A stretch of DNA of 64,000 nucleotides, taken from positions 17,515-81,514 of the forward strand of contig JAZQOC010000037.1 in NCBI GenBank assembly GCA_045627645.1, given 5' to 3'. Positions 41,947 to 51,568 of this stretch are shown here, piece after piece. The notes under the pieces are model-generated. The model did not search any database. It was not told the origin of the DNA and saw nothing but the letters and a program-made list of their open reading frames with translations. The stretch comes from Lachnospiraceae bacterium (GTDB lineage: Bacteria > Bacillota > Clostridia > Lachnospirales > Lachnospiraceae). Position 1 is the first letter of the stretch; the number at the start of each line of letters is the position of its first letter. The translations under genes and the position numbers were made by a program.

Positions 41947-43344
41947 TCAATACGCGTTTTTAAAGCCTTTAAAGATAGTTAAGAACATAATCTTAAGGTC
42001 GAATCCCAAAGACCAGTTTTCAATATAATAGAGATCATAACTGATTCTCTTATGTATTGATGTATCTCCTCGAAAGCCACTAACCTGTGCCCAACCAGTA
42101 AGGCCTGGACGAACCTGGTGCTTAATCATGTATCTTGGAATTTCTTCCTTGAACTGTTCTACAAACTGTGGTCTTTCAGGTCTAGGTCCTACAATGCTCA
42201 TATCACCAATAAGTATGTTGAAAAGCTGTGGAAGTTCGTCAAGGTTATACTTACGCATAATCTTTCCACTCTTTGTGACACGTGGATCATCCTTAACGGT
42301 CCAGCCCTTCTTTTCTTCCTTGGCTTCCTGAACACGCATAGTCCTAAATTTGTATATATAGAATGACTTATTATGAAGTCCGATTCTTTCCTGTTTAAAT
42401 ATTACTGGTCCCTTGCTGGATGTCTTAACAATAATAGCAAGAATCAGCATCAAAGGGGACAATACAATTATTCCAATAAGCGACAATATAAAGTCAAAAA
42501 ATCTCTTAACTACCGCATTTACCGTATTGCTCAACGGAACATATCTTATATTAATGACCGGCAATCCGTCAAGTTCCTCGGTATATGGTCTGTTTGGTAT
42601 CAAACTACTGTAATCAGGAACAAATTTTGTGTGAACTCCCGACTTTTCGCATTTACCAACTATATCTGCAAGATTCTCATAATCAGAAAGCGGTAAAGCC
42701 ACCGCAATCTCGTCCAGATCATTGGATTCAAGAATAGAATTAAGCTTATCAAGCTCACCTAATACCTGTACTCCTCTGTAGCTTGTTCCAATAGGAATAT
42801 GATTGTCCAGAATACCACTTGCTACATATCCCCACTGAGGATTGTCATTGATTCTGTCCAAATAATTCTCTGTAGCTCTGGAATAACCCACCAGGAGCAC
42901 ATGCTTCTGATTGTAACCCTTCTTTCTGAATCTTCTTAAGATTGAACGGATCACTAACCTTATTACAAACGAGAAAATCGTATTTAAAATGCAGAACAGA
43001 AAAATGAGTCCACGGGAGAAATCCTCAATCTTAAAGAGTGTAATTGCCACCATGAATGCAATAATACCAACGGTGTTGGACTCAATAACATTGACAAACT
43101 CAGTTTCAAGTCTGTTCGCACGTTTTGGAGCATACATCCTGCACATGTAGTAAATGATTAAGTACCCTGGTATAAGGAAATATAATGCTCTGAAATAAAA
43201 GGCTGGTGTATACGCCAAAACTGATCCACCGGAAAAAAGGCCCTCGAATTTCAAGAACCATGCAAGTGAATAAGAAGCTGCAATCATAATTGCATCTATA
43301 ATAACGTGAAGTTGATTAAAATATTTCTGATTATCTTTAATCAT
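41947..43344 (-). CDS. Undecaprenyl-phosphate sugar-1-phosphate transferase (WcaJ/CpsE-like priming enzyme)
   Basis: 4+1 TM helices; KRFFD, KFRTM, DDPRVT, DELPQ, MSIVGPRPER and PGLTGWAQV. Confidence 0.93.
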   Translation of the reverse strand: MIKDNQKYFNQLHVIIDAIMIAASYSLAWFLKFEGLFSGGSVLAYTPAFYFRALYFLIPGYLIIYYMCRMYAPKRANRLETEFVNVIESNTVGIIAFMVAITLFKIEDFSRGLIFLFCILNTIFSFVIRLVIRSILRRFRKKGYNQKHVLLVGYSRATENYLDRINDNPQWGYVASGILDNHIPIGTSYRGVQVLGELDKLNSILESNDLDEIAVALPLSDYENLADIVGKCEKSGVHTKFVPDYSSLIPNRPYTEELDGLPVINIRYVPLSNTVNAVVKRFFDFILSLIGIIVLSPLMLILAIIVKTSSKGPVIFKQERIGLHNKSFYIYKFRTMRVQEAKEEKKGWTVKDDPRVTKSGKIMRKYNLDELPQLFNILIGDMSIVGPRPERPQFVEQFKEEIPRYMIKHQVRPGLTGWAQVSGFRGDTSIHKRISYDLYYIENWSLGFDLKIMFLTIFKGFKNAY

Positions 43345-43384
43345 TACTTCCCCAAACCTTTCAGTACAACTACTTAACTAATAA

Positions 43385-43413
43385 ATTATACCAATAAGCT
43401 CACTAACAAACAA
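43385..43413 (-). promoter_or_regulatory. Internal promoter for the priming transferase/LCP genes
   Basis: TTGTTT-17 bp-TATAAT with an extended TG. Confidence 0.55.
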
Positions 43414-44386
43414 GCCTTCTAAAAATGTTGCCCCACAGTTCCAGCTGAATCCTCACATAATTAGATAACTTTTTAAATTCAAAATGTACTATATGTTTTC
43501 TGCCTTTTTCTGATTTACTTAGGCGAATTCCCTCAAAAAGTCCGTTAAGATACAACTTCCCATAACCTTTTTTTGCAAAAAATAAAATTTTAATGCCAAA
43601 GCCTATCATAAATAATGGCAGGTTAATAATTCTTTGCAGCAGTGGCATGTTCTTTCTAATAAGATATGTGCTATTTCTGCTGGAAAGTTTTATCTTGAAT
43701 TCATTGTATCTGGAACCACTGGAACCGCTTCCGGCATGCCAGCATACAGCAACTACTTCCAAAAGATTCTTATATCCGGCTAGCCTTGCCCTGTATCCTA
43801 TGTCTACATCCTCAAGGTAGGCAAAATGTTCCTCATCAAATAATCCGATTTCACCAAAGATCCTTTTTCTGTAAATGGATGCCCCACCACAGCATGAGAA
43901 AAGTTCTCTTCTGTGAAGTCCACGCTTTATCTTCAGTTCCTTTTTATCTTTGCCATAAGCAAACGCCCATCCAAGAGCGCAGTAGTAATCTCCGGCTCCA
44001 TCAACTATTTCAGGATTACTCATGGACAGCATGAGTGAATTTATGGAAAATGCCTCTGATTCATCACCCATGGCATCTTCTAAAAACTGAACCATACATT
44101 CATCAACAACCACGTCATTATTTAATAAAAGAACATATTCTGTATCAGCAGCCTCAATTCCTCTATTAACTGCATATGCAAAGCCTGTGTTTTCTCCCAA
44201 GTCAATAAGAGAAACCTGTGGATATTTGTCCCTTACCACCTCTCGGCTTTTGTCAGTGGATCCATTATCCACTACTATTATTTTAAACTGATACTCATCA
44301 TCCATAGCCTTGTACAAGGATTCAAGACAGGCATCTATATACTGTATTCCATTGTAATTAGGTATTACCACTGTGGTCTTAATCAT
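43403..44386 (-). CDS. GT2 glycosyltransferase
   Basis: VVIPNYNG, VDNGS, NTGFA, LLNND, YLEDVD and HAGS. Confidence 0.9.
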   Translation of the reverse strand: MIKTTVVIPNYNGIQYIDACLESLYKAMDDEYQFKIIVVDNGSTDKSREVVRDKYPQVSLIDLGENTGFAYAVNRGIEAADTEYVLLLNNDVVVDECMVQFLEDAMGDESEAFSINSLMLSMSNPEIVDGAGDYYCALGWAFAYGKDKKELKIKRGLHRRELFSCCGGASIYRKRIFGEIGLFDEEHFAYLEDVDIGYRARLAGYKNLLEVVAVCWHAGSGSSGSRYNEFKIKLSSRNSTYLIRKNMPLLQRIINLPLFMIGFGIKILFFAKKGYGKLYLNGLFEGIRLSKSEKGRKHIVHFEFKKLSNYVRIQLELWGNIFRRLVC

Positions 44387-45807
44387 AGCAGTTCCTCAAG
44401 ATTAGGCTCATATAACACCCTGTAACCCTCGAGGGCAACCTCTGCACAAATCTCAAAGCTCACACTCTGAATATCATATTCCATGCTGTTCTTATCAACA
44501 CATCTTCCCACATTGATAAGTCCATTCTTTTCGATCACAAAATCACGAATGAATACATCTTTGTATGTACTTTTCTCAACCGACCTTTTAAGTACAGGAA
44601 GCAGTTCCTTTCTCACAAACATGCGACGCGCATCAACAGCTACTGCATCCATCTGCATAGAATTTCTATGCATGTATCCAGAAAAATTAACGTTCATACC
44701 ATCATAAGGGCACGACTTGGTCTCATCTAACAAACCACCTGTGATCCTGCCAAATTTGATAAGCGGACCACCTACAACACCTATATCATATCTAAATTTC
44801 AATATGTCGGCTACTCCTGCCATATTAACCCCTGTATTGGCATTGAGTTCGCCACTGGTACCTCTGGAAGCTCCATAAATAACCCTAAAAAATCCATTGT
44901 GCTTAGTCTCTACTACCGCAGCTGGAATATTGCCTTCTCTAAGGAAATCTTCAATAGCCCTTCTTCCTGCTTCATACGCATATCTCTTACTTTCAGGATT
45001 AGAGGCTGTGGAATCATCATGGCATCTCCAGTGGTAGAGAATTCTGTTTACCTTACATACCGGCTTATCGCTGGCATGATAAGCTCTTAGCAGCAAGTCA
45101 TGATCCTGTGCACCATCATATTCCTTACGAAGCTCCAGCTTTTTCATAAGCTGCGCTTCCATCACCATAAAATGACAAATATAGTTGTTCGAAAGTAACA
45201 AATCCAGATTAAATTCCGGCTTTATGTTAGGTTCAAAGAATTTTGTTGCAAATGTGTCGCATTTATCTTCATCAGAATACAGATACGCAAATCTGACTCC
45301 CTCTCTTCTTCCACTTTCAATTGCCCTTGCCATCTCATACAAGGCATTTCTGGTAAGCAAATCATCATGATCCAACAAGCCAATATACTGTCCTGATGCA
45401 GCCTGAATACCTATATTGGTATTCTGAGATATTCCACGGTTATCCGTGTTCTTTATATATGTAATTCTCTCGTCATCAAAGGATCTGACAACCTTCTCAA
45501 CTGTGTTTGAAGTACTTGCATCAGAAATGATAAGCTCAAAATTAGGATAAGTCTGATTGAGAACAGACTTAATCATTTCCGTTGCAAATATCTCATTAGT
45601 CTCATAAGTTGGCACAACAATAGAGAACCTCGTTCTGACATCAAAACGAGCTTCTCTCTGTATCTTTGCCTCGGCTTCAGAGATACCCTTAAATTCATAC
45701 TTTCGTGTTTCATCACTAAGACGCTCCACAGAAGCATAAAGGGTACTCTTAACACCGTTTCTCTTCATGTAATTGTAAGCTTTTCTTATATTATTGCTTA
45801 AACTCAT
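44383..45807 (-). CDS. GT2 glycosyltransferase with one intact and one partial GT2 domain
   Basis: SIVVPTY, LLDHDD, YSDEDK, NYICH, GAQDHD and LYHWR; the C-terminal half keeps only remnants. Confidence 0.87.
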   Translation of the reverse strand: MSLSNNIRKAYNYMKRNGVKSTLYASVERLSDETRKYEFKGISEAEAKIQREARFDVRTRFSIVVPTYETNEIFATEMIKSVLNQTYPNFELIISDASTSNTVEKVVRSFDDERITYIKNTDNRGISQNTNIGIQAASGQYIGLLDHDDLLTRNALYEMARAIESGRREGVRFAYLYSDEDKCDTFATKFFEPNIKPEFNLDLLLSNNYICHFMVMEAQLMKKLELRKEYDGAQDHDLLLRAYHASDKPVCKVNRILYHWRCHDDSTASNPESKRYAYEAGRRAIEDFLREGNIPAAVVETKHNGFFRVIYGASRGTSGELNANTGVNMAGVADILKFRYDIGVVGGPLIKFGRITGGLLDETKSCPYDGMNVNFSGYMHRNSMQMDAVAVDARRMFVRKELLPVLKRSVEKSTYKDVFIRDFVIEKNGLINVGRCVDKNSMEYDIQSVSFEICAEVALEGYRVLYEPNLEELL

Positions 45808-45820
45808 TACTTTTTCTTAA

Positions 45821-47539
45821 TTACAATAAGGCCTTAACTGCATCTGTAAGTGCCGCATTTTTTGCATCAGCATCACTTAAGCTGTTTCCTTTAACTCCCA
45901 TATAGAACTTAAGCTTTGGCTCTGTTCCTGAAGGACGAGCACAGCACCATCCATCGTTATCAAGATCGAAGTAAAGGACATTCGACTTTGGAAGACCTGT
46001 CTCTTTTGTCTCACCTGTAGCCATATTCTTAACTACATTGTTATCGTAATCTCTAAATTCAACAACAGTATAATCACCAAGTTTTGCTGGTGGGTTGTTA
46101 CGAAGGTTTTCCATAATCTCAGCTATCTTCTTAGAACCCTCAATTCCCTTAAGAGTAAGAGCATACTGAGTCTCCTTGAAGTATCCGTATTCTTCGTACA
46201 TCTCAACCATTCTATCCCAAACTGTCTTACCATTAGCTTTGCACCATGCAGCAACTTCGCAAAGACACATAACTGCTACGATAGCGTCCTTGTCTCTTGC
46301 ATGTGTACCAGCAAGACATCCATAAGACTCCTCAAGACCAAATACGTAGTTTTTGTCACCCTTCTCAAGAGCCCATTTAATCTGTTCTCCAATGTACTTA
46401 AATCCTGTAAGAACTTCAACCATCTCAACGCCATATTTTTCAACAATTCTGTCTGCCATATTTGTTGTAACGATAGTCTTAACAAGCATTGGATTAACTG
46501 GCATTGTACCAGTTGCAATTCTTTCCTTAAGGATATAATCAGCGATAAGCATACCTGACATGTTACCTGTAAATGGAACATATTCACCTGACTTTGTATC
46601 GTAAGCATAGATACCAAGACGGTCAGCATCTGGGTCTGTTGCAAGAACGATATCTGCATTTACTTCCTTAGCAAGCTTTAATGCAAGTGTGAATGCCTTT
46701 GGATCCTCTGGGTTTGGATAATCAAGTGTTGTGAACTTAGGATCTGGCATCTCCTGCTCAGGTACTACATACACATTCTTAAATCCAATTTCCTTAAGGA
46801 TTCTTCTTGCTGGAACATTACCTGTTCCATTAAATGGTGTATATACAATCTTAATATCCTCAGCAACCTTCTCGATGATTTCTGGATGAATAATCTGCTT
46901 CTTAAGTTCAACCATATATGCGTCATCAATTTCAGCACCAATTGCCTGATACATACCAGCTGCAATAGCATCTGCCTTAGCCATTGTCTTAACTGTATGA
47001 TAATCTGTTACATTTCTAACTTCTGTGATAATATCCTTATCTCTTGGAGCTGTTACCTGTGCACCATCTGCCCAGTAAACCTTATATCCGTTATATTCTG
47101 GTGGGTTATGACTTGCTGTAACAACAATACCTGCTGTACATCCAAGTGTACGTAATGCAAATGATAATTCTGGAGTTGGTCTTAATGCATCAAATACATA
47201 TGCCTTAATTCCATTAGCTGCAAGACAAAGACCTGCTTCATCTGCAAACTCAGGACTCATAAATCTTGAGTCGTATGCGATTGCAACACCCTGTGCCTGA
47301 GTTCCTGCCTTAAGAATGTAGTTAGCAAGACCCTGTGTTGCCTTTCTTACTGTATAGATATTCATACGGTTTGTACCAGCACCGATAACACCTCTTAAAC
47401 CGCCTGTTCCGAATTCAAGTTCCTTGTAGAAACGATCTTCAATTTCTGTTTCATCAGTGATAGCCTTTAACTCTGCCTTTGTATCAGCGTCAAAGTAGTC
47501 ATCCTCCAACCAAAACTTGTACTCTTCCATGTAACCCAT
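45821..47539 (-). CDS. pgm: Phosphoglucomutase/phosphomannomutase
   Basis: FGTGGLRG, TASHNP, DPDADR, EESYG and RPSGTEPK. Confidence 0.95.
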   Translation of the reverse strand: MGYMEEYKFWLEDDYFDADTKAELKAITDETEIEDRFYKELEFGTGGLRGVIGAGTNRMNIYTVRKATQGLANYILKAGTQAQGVAIAYDSRFMSPEFADEAGLCLAANGIKAYVFDALRPTPELSFALRTLGCTAGIVVTASHNPPEYNGYKVYWADGAQVTAPRDKDIITEVRNVTDYHTVKTMAKADAIAAGMYQAIGAEIDDAYMVELKKQIIHPEIIEKVAEDIKIVYTPFNGTGNVPARRILKEIGFKNVYVVPEQEMPDPKFTTLDYPNPEDPKAFTLALKLAKEVNADIVLATDPDADRLGIYAYDTKSGEYVPFTGNMSGMLIADYILKERIATGTMPVNPMLVKTIVTTNMADRIVEKYGVEMVEVLTGFKYIGEQIKWALEKGDKNYVFGLEESYGCLAGTHARDKDAIVAVMCLCEVAAWCKANGKTVWDRMVEMYEEYGYFKETQYALTLKGIEGSKKIAEIMENLRNNPPAKLGDYTVVEFRDYDNNVVKNMATGETKETGLPKSNVLYFDLDNDGWCCARPSGTEPKLKFYMGVKGNSLSDADAKNAALTDAVKALL

Positions 47540-47621
47540 AGCATCTCCTCCATCATGTATTAATAATATTTTGTCACAAATAAATATGTATCCTAAACAA
47601 GATTCAATTTGAAAAATTATA

Positions 47622-49565
47622 TCATATTTTCAAAGAGTAGTCACTTCTATCCAACGAGAAGTTAACATTGTAATAAGGATCTCCAGCCTCCAGATCTGCC
47701 TTCCATTTTTCTCTGAATCTGGCGCTTTCCTCATTGTATCTCTCAGCCTTTTCCCCATTGTCATCAAGACCTCTTGATATTGATTCAAAATGATAAAGCT
47801 CGGCAAACGGTGTAAACACGTTAAGCAGTCCCTCATGACGCAGCTTGAGGCAAAAATCCACATCATTAAGTGACACTGCAAAGCTTTCATCCAAACCACC
47901 AACTTTTTCATACAAAGCCTTCTTAACAAGCAAGCAGGCACCTGTTACAGCTGTGGCATTCTGAGCATAACAAAGTCTTCCCATATAACCAAGATTTTCC
48001 CTGGACTGACCATAATGCGTATGTCCTGCAGTTCTGTGGGCTCCAAGACCTATAACAACACCCGCGTGTTGAATAGTCTTGTTGGAATAGAATAATTTGG
48101 CGCCAACCGCACCAACATCCTCTCGCTGCGCATACATCAAGAGTTCTTCCATCCAGTTGACTGTAATAACCTGTGTATCGTTGTTAAGAAGCAGAATATA
48201 CTCACCTGTCGCATGCTTAACTCCAAGGTTACAAATCTTAGAATAATTAAACCCACCTTCGTACTTAACAATCTTAATATTGTCTGCTTCAATCTGCTTA
48301 TAATATTCGAAAATCTGCTCTGTTTCAGAGTTGTTCTCCACAACAATAATCTCGTAATTGTCGTAAGTAGACTTCTCCCTAATAGAACTGATACATCTGC
48401 TAAGATCCTCATAATGATCTTTATTTGGAATCACAATAGAAATCTTTGGATTGCCAATTATTTCATAGCTTATCTTAAAGATAGTCTCAAAAGCTCTCGT
48501 AGAACTGATTCTAAAATTTTTATATCCATGAGTTCTTAAACTGTCTGCAACTGCACCTCTGGCCGCTTCAATTGCATAGGATTTAGCATTGATATCACTG
48601 GCAACGCTTCCTGCATGGCTTCTCCAGTAATACATAAGCTTTGGAACATGAACAATACTCTTAGCAGCATCTGTAAGTCTAAGAATCATATCATGGTCCT
48701 GGCTGCCGTCAAACTTACTTCTAAAAAGTTCAGTTCCCTCAAGAAGTTCTCTCTTAAAGCAACTGAAGTGACAAATATAATTGTTTGCCCTAAGATTATC
48801 CGGCGCATAATCAGGCTTAAAATGCATAGTTAACATCTTGTTGATGTTATCTCCAGCAAAGGTAGTCTCATCGCAGTACAGATAGTCTGCATCTTTCTCA
48901 TTTATCGCCTTAGCATATTCCCAGAGAACACAAGGATGAAGGATATCATCATGATCAAAAAGCGCTATATACTCACCTGCGGCAAGTTTTAAACACTGAT
49001 TTGTATTGCCTGATATACCCTCATTCTTTTCAAGTTTCTTATATACAATTCTATTGTCGGCTTCCGCTTTCTTTCTGCAATACTCGCCAACGAATGCATG
49101 AGCATCGTCTGAACCGTCCGCAAGGCATAACTGCCAGTTTCCATAGGTCTGATATTCCACCGAACCAATCATCTGCTCTAAGAAATTCTGTGGAGTATTG
49201 TAAAGAGGAACAAGAATACTGATTACCGGACTATAGGCAAATTTTGTTTCTTCCTGTTCTTTCCTTACTTCCTCTGAAGGGAAACTGTTTGTACCATAAT
49301 TTGCCATAGCGATTTTTTCTCGCTGTTTATATTTAATCTTCGCCCATACTCCTCTTGGACCGCCACAATTCTTAATTCGTGTGGTCTGCCTGAGAATATA
49401 ATGCATTATCTTTCTTGGTCCTGCCGTCATCTTCCACAGCTTATTGTTGTGTATTCTGTCAAGGCGAAACTGAAGATAATCATTGGCCTCTTCAAGTTCT
49501 GCCACACGGCTTGCCAGATCTGCACATTTTATATGCTCTTTTTCATACATTTCTTCATAATTCAT
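47622..49565 (-). CDS. Dual-domain GT2 glycosyltransferase with an N-terminal coiled coil (probable chain polymerase)
   Basis: Heptad N-terminus plus LWKMTAGPRK; GT2a (DHDD, NYICH, SQDHD); GT2b (IPNKD, LLNND, QHAG, AVTGAC, NDVD, HFES). Confidence 0.9.
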   Translation of the reverse strand: MNYEEMYEKEHIKCADLASRVAELEEANDYLQFRLDRIHNNKLWKMTAGPRKIMHYILRQTTRIKNCGGPRGVWAKIKYKQREKIAMANYGTNSFPSEEVRKEQEETKFAYSPVISILVPLYNTPQNFLEQMIGSVEYQTYGNWQLCLADGSDDAHAFVGEYCRKKAEADNRIVYKKLEKNEGISGNTNQCLKLAAGEYIALFDHDDILHPCVLWEYAKAINEKDADYLYCDETTFAGDNINKMLTMHFKPDYAPDNLRANNYICHFSCFKRELLEGTELFRSKFDGSQDHDMILRLTDAAKSIVHVPKLMYYWRSHAGSVASDINAKSYAIEAARGAVADSLRTHGYKNFRISSTRAFETIFKISYEIIGNPKISIVIPNKDHYEDLSRCISSIREKSTYDNYEIIVVENNSETEQIFEYYKQIEADNIKIVKYEGGFNYSKICNLGVKHATGEYILLLNNDTQVITVNWMEELLMYAQREDVGAVGAKLFYSNKTIQHAGVVIGLGAHRTAGHTHYGQSRENLGYMGRLCYAQNATAVTGACLLVKKALYEKVGGLDESFAVSLNDVDFCLKLRHEGLLNVFTPFAELYHFESISRGLDDNGEKAERYNEESARFREKWKADLEAGDPYYNVNFSLDRSDYSLKI

Positions 49566-49570
49566 AACTA

Positions 49571-51568
49571 TTACGCATTTACCTTAATAGATTTATTTGT
49601 AAGCTGATATAACTTTAATCTTGAGCTTCCAGACTCTGCCAGCACACCCACGCGATACTCATCTGCAGGTAACTCTTGTAAATTAATCTTCACACAAAAT
49701 CCAGTCATAAGTGCATATTCTTCAGGATCAAGGTTAACCTCAAGATCCGGTCTAAATACCGGCATTGTCTTTATGATATAGCTGTTTTTCTGCCCCTGAA
49801 GAATAATACTTCTTCTAAACAGAGCATTATCGCTTCCTGCCACAAAGGCATAACCTGCAATTAAAGCACAGCCATTAGATTTATTGGAAATGTGCTCAAA
49901 TTTATCAAAATCACCCACATATTCAAGGCTCACCATCAGGCACTCGTTATACCAGTTATCCTTAACATGCTTGTTAAACGGCGAAATTGTCGCCTCCTGA
50001 ATCACATCCCTATAGTCATATTCATATATAAATGAATAATTGGTATCCAAAATGTCCGTACTCATACAATCTGAATAATAGGGATCCTCAGCATATAACA
50101 TCGGATGTCTGCTATATAGAAGTTCTCTTTCTTCTGTAAGTCTGTTAAGCTTGGCAACATCTGTATCCTGTCCTCTGCTTAAAGACTCATGATGCCAAAG
50201 ATGTGTATTATTACACACAGCATTGTGATATCCGCTTTCGAATAGTCTAAAACATAAGTCTACATCGTTAAATGCAACCTCCAGTTCCTCACAAAAACCG
50301 CCAACTTCCCAAAACTTATCTTTATCTGTTAAAAGACATGCACCTGTAACTGCTATACAGTTGTGCACTCCATTGTTTAAGTCCATATAATAATGTGCGT
50401 TATCATCCTTAAACTGAAGTTTATGCACTGGCCCAAGTCTTAAGTTTGTGATACCTGCATGCTGAATCATCATGGAATCAGGATAATAAAGCTTAGCACC
50501 TACAGCACCGCTGTGCTTACGCACGGCTACTGAAAGCATCTTCTTTAACCAGGTAGCTTCTCTTACTTCTATATCATCGTTCAGGAATAGAAGGAATTCT
50601 CCCTTTGCTTCCTTTGCCCCCTGATTGCACATTCTCGAAAAATTAAAAGGCTGTGGCTTATACAGGTACTTTAGTACCTCATTATCCACATAACTTTCCA
50701 CATATTCGCAAGATACTAAATCTTGTTTTAATTCTTTAAGCATCCCCTCTATTTTGCATTTATTATCCTCATTACTGCCATTATCAATCACAATAATTTC
50801 GAAAATAACGCCTTTAGTGTGCTTAATTACTGAAGTTATACACTTTTTTAAAATATCAGGATTATCCTTAGAAGGTATTATAATCGATACCATACAGGAA
50901 TCTTTTTTCTGACTTAACTTATCCGAAAAAGATGTTTTAATATCTTTATACTGATTCTGGTCAAAAAGCTTCTTTAAATAATGACTGTGATACAATACGA
51001 AATCTATATGTACAATAGATTTAGCCTTCTGATTAGCTGTCAGGATTAGCATCAATTCATATATATTCTTAAAACCGCTTACTCCCTTTAATATACTGGT
51101 TCTAACTGCGACAGCATTACCAAAATAAAAATAATCTAACATTGTATCTGGCGACCACCCTGGCTTAAACCACGGATTCATACGCACAGTCTCATCACTG
51201 TTATACTCGTCCTCGTCTCCATATACGATATTTGCATTCTCATTCTCGTCCATATATGAAGCCACAGCCTGACATGCATAAGACGATAAGCCTTTCTCAT
51301 CTGATGTGAAAATGACATATTCCGACTTTATATCAGAGAGTCGGACTTTATTATTTGTCACAGATTCATCTTCAAGGCTGTCGTAAGTAATAATTGTTAC
51401 CCTGTCCTGTGTTTCTTGCGCAGACAACGAGAAACTTCCAATAATCGCTGATTCTCTTGCAAGGGCAAAATCATTGTACGAAAAATGTGAATACTCAAGC
51501 CCAGTGAAATACTCGTTATACAATTTGCTTTCTATCGGTGCCTTAATCAGTTCTTTAATAAAACTCAT
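49571..51568 (-). CDS. GT2 glycosyltransferase with a degenerate N-terminal GT2, an intact second GT2 and an extra C-terminal domain
   Basis: YGDED...FKPGWSPD remnant, then IIIPSKD, FLNDD, QHAG, FNDVD and HHES. Confidence 0.87.
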   Translation of the reverse strand: MSFIKELIKAPIESKLYNEYFTGLEYSHFSYNDFALARESAIIGSFSLSAQETQDRVTIITYDSLEDESVTNNKVRLSDIKSEYVIFTSDEKGLSSYACQAVASYMDENENANIVYGDEDEYNSDETVRMNPWFKPGWSPDTMLDYFYFGNAVAVRTSILKGVSGFKNIYELMLILTANQKAKSIVHIDFVLYHSHYLKKLFDQNQYKDIKTSFSDKLSQKKDSCMVSIIIPSKDNPDILKKCITSVIKHTKGVIFEIIVIDNGSNEDNKCKIEGMLKELKQDLVSCEYVESYVDNEVLKYLYKPQPFNFSRMCNQGAKEAKGEFLLFLNDDIEVREATWLKKMLSVAVRKHSGAVGAKLYYPDSMMIQHAGITNLRLGPVHKLQFKDDNAHYYMDLNNGVHNCIAVTGACLLTDKDKFWEVGGFCEELEVAFNDVDLCFRLFESGYHNAVCNNTHLWHHESLSRGQDTDVAKLNRLTEERELLYSRHPMLYAEDPYYSDCMSTDILDTNYSFIYEYDYRDVIQEATISPFNKHVKDNWYNECLMVSLEYVGDFDKFEHISNKSNGCALIAGYAFVAGSDNALFRRSIILQGQKNSYIIKTMPVFRPDLEVNLDPEEYALMTGFCVKINLQELPADEYRVGVLAESGSSRLKLYQLTNKSIKVNA

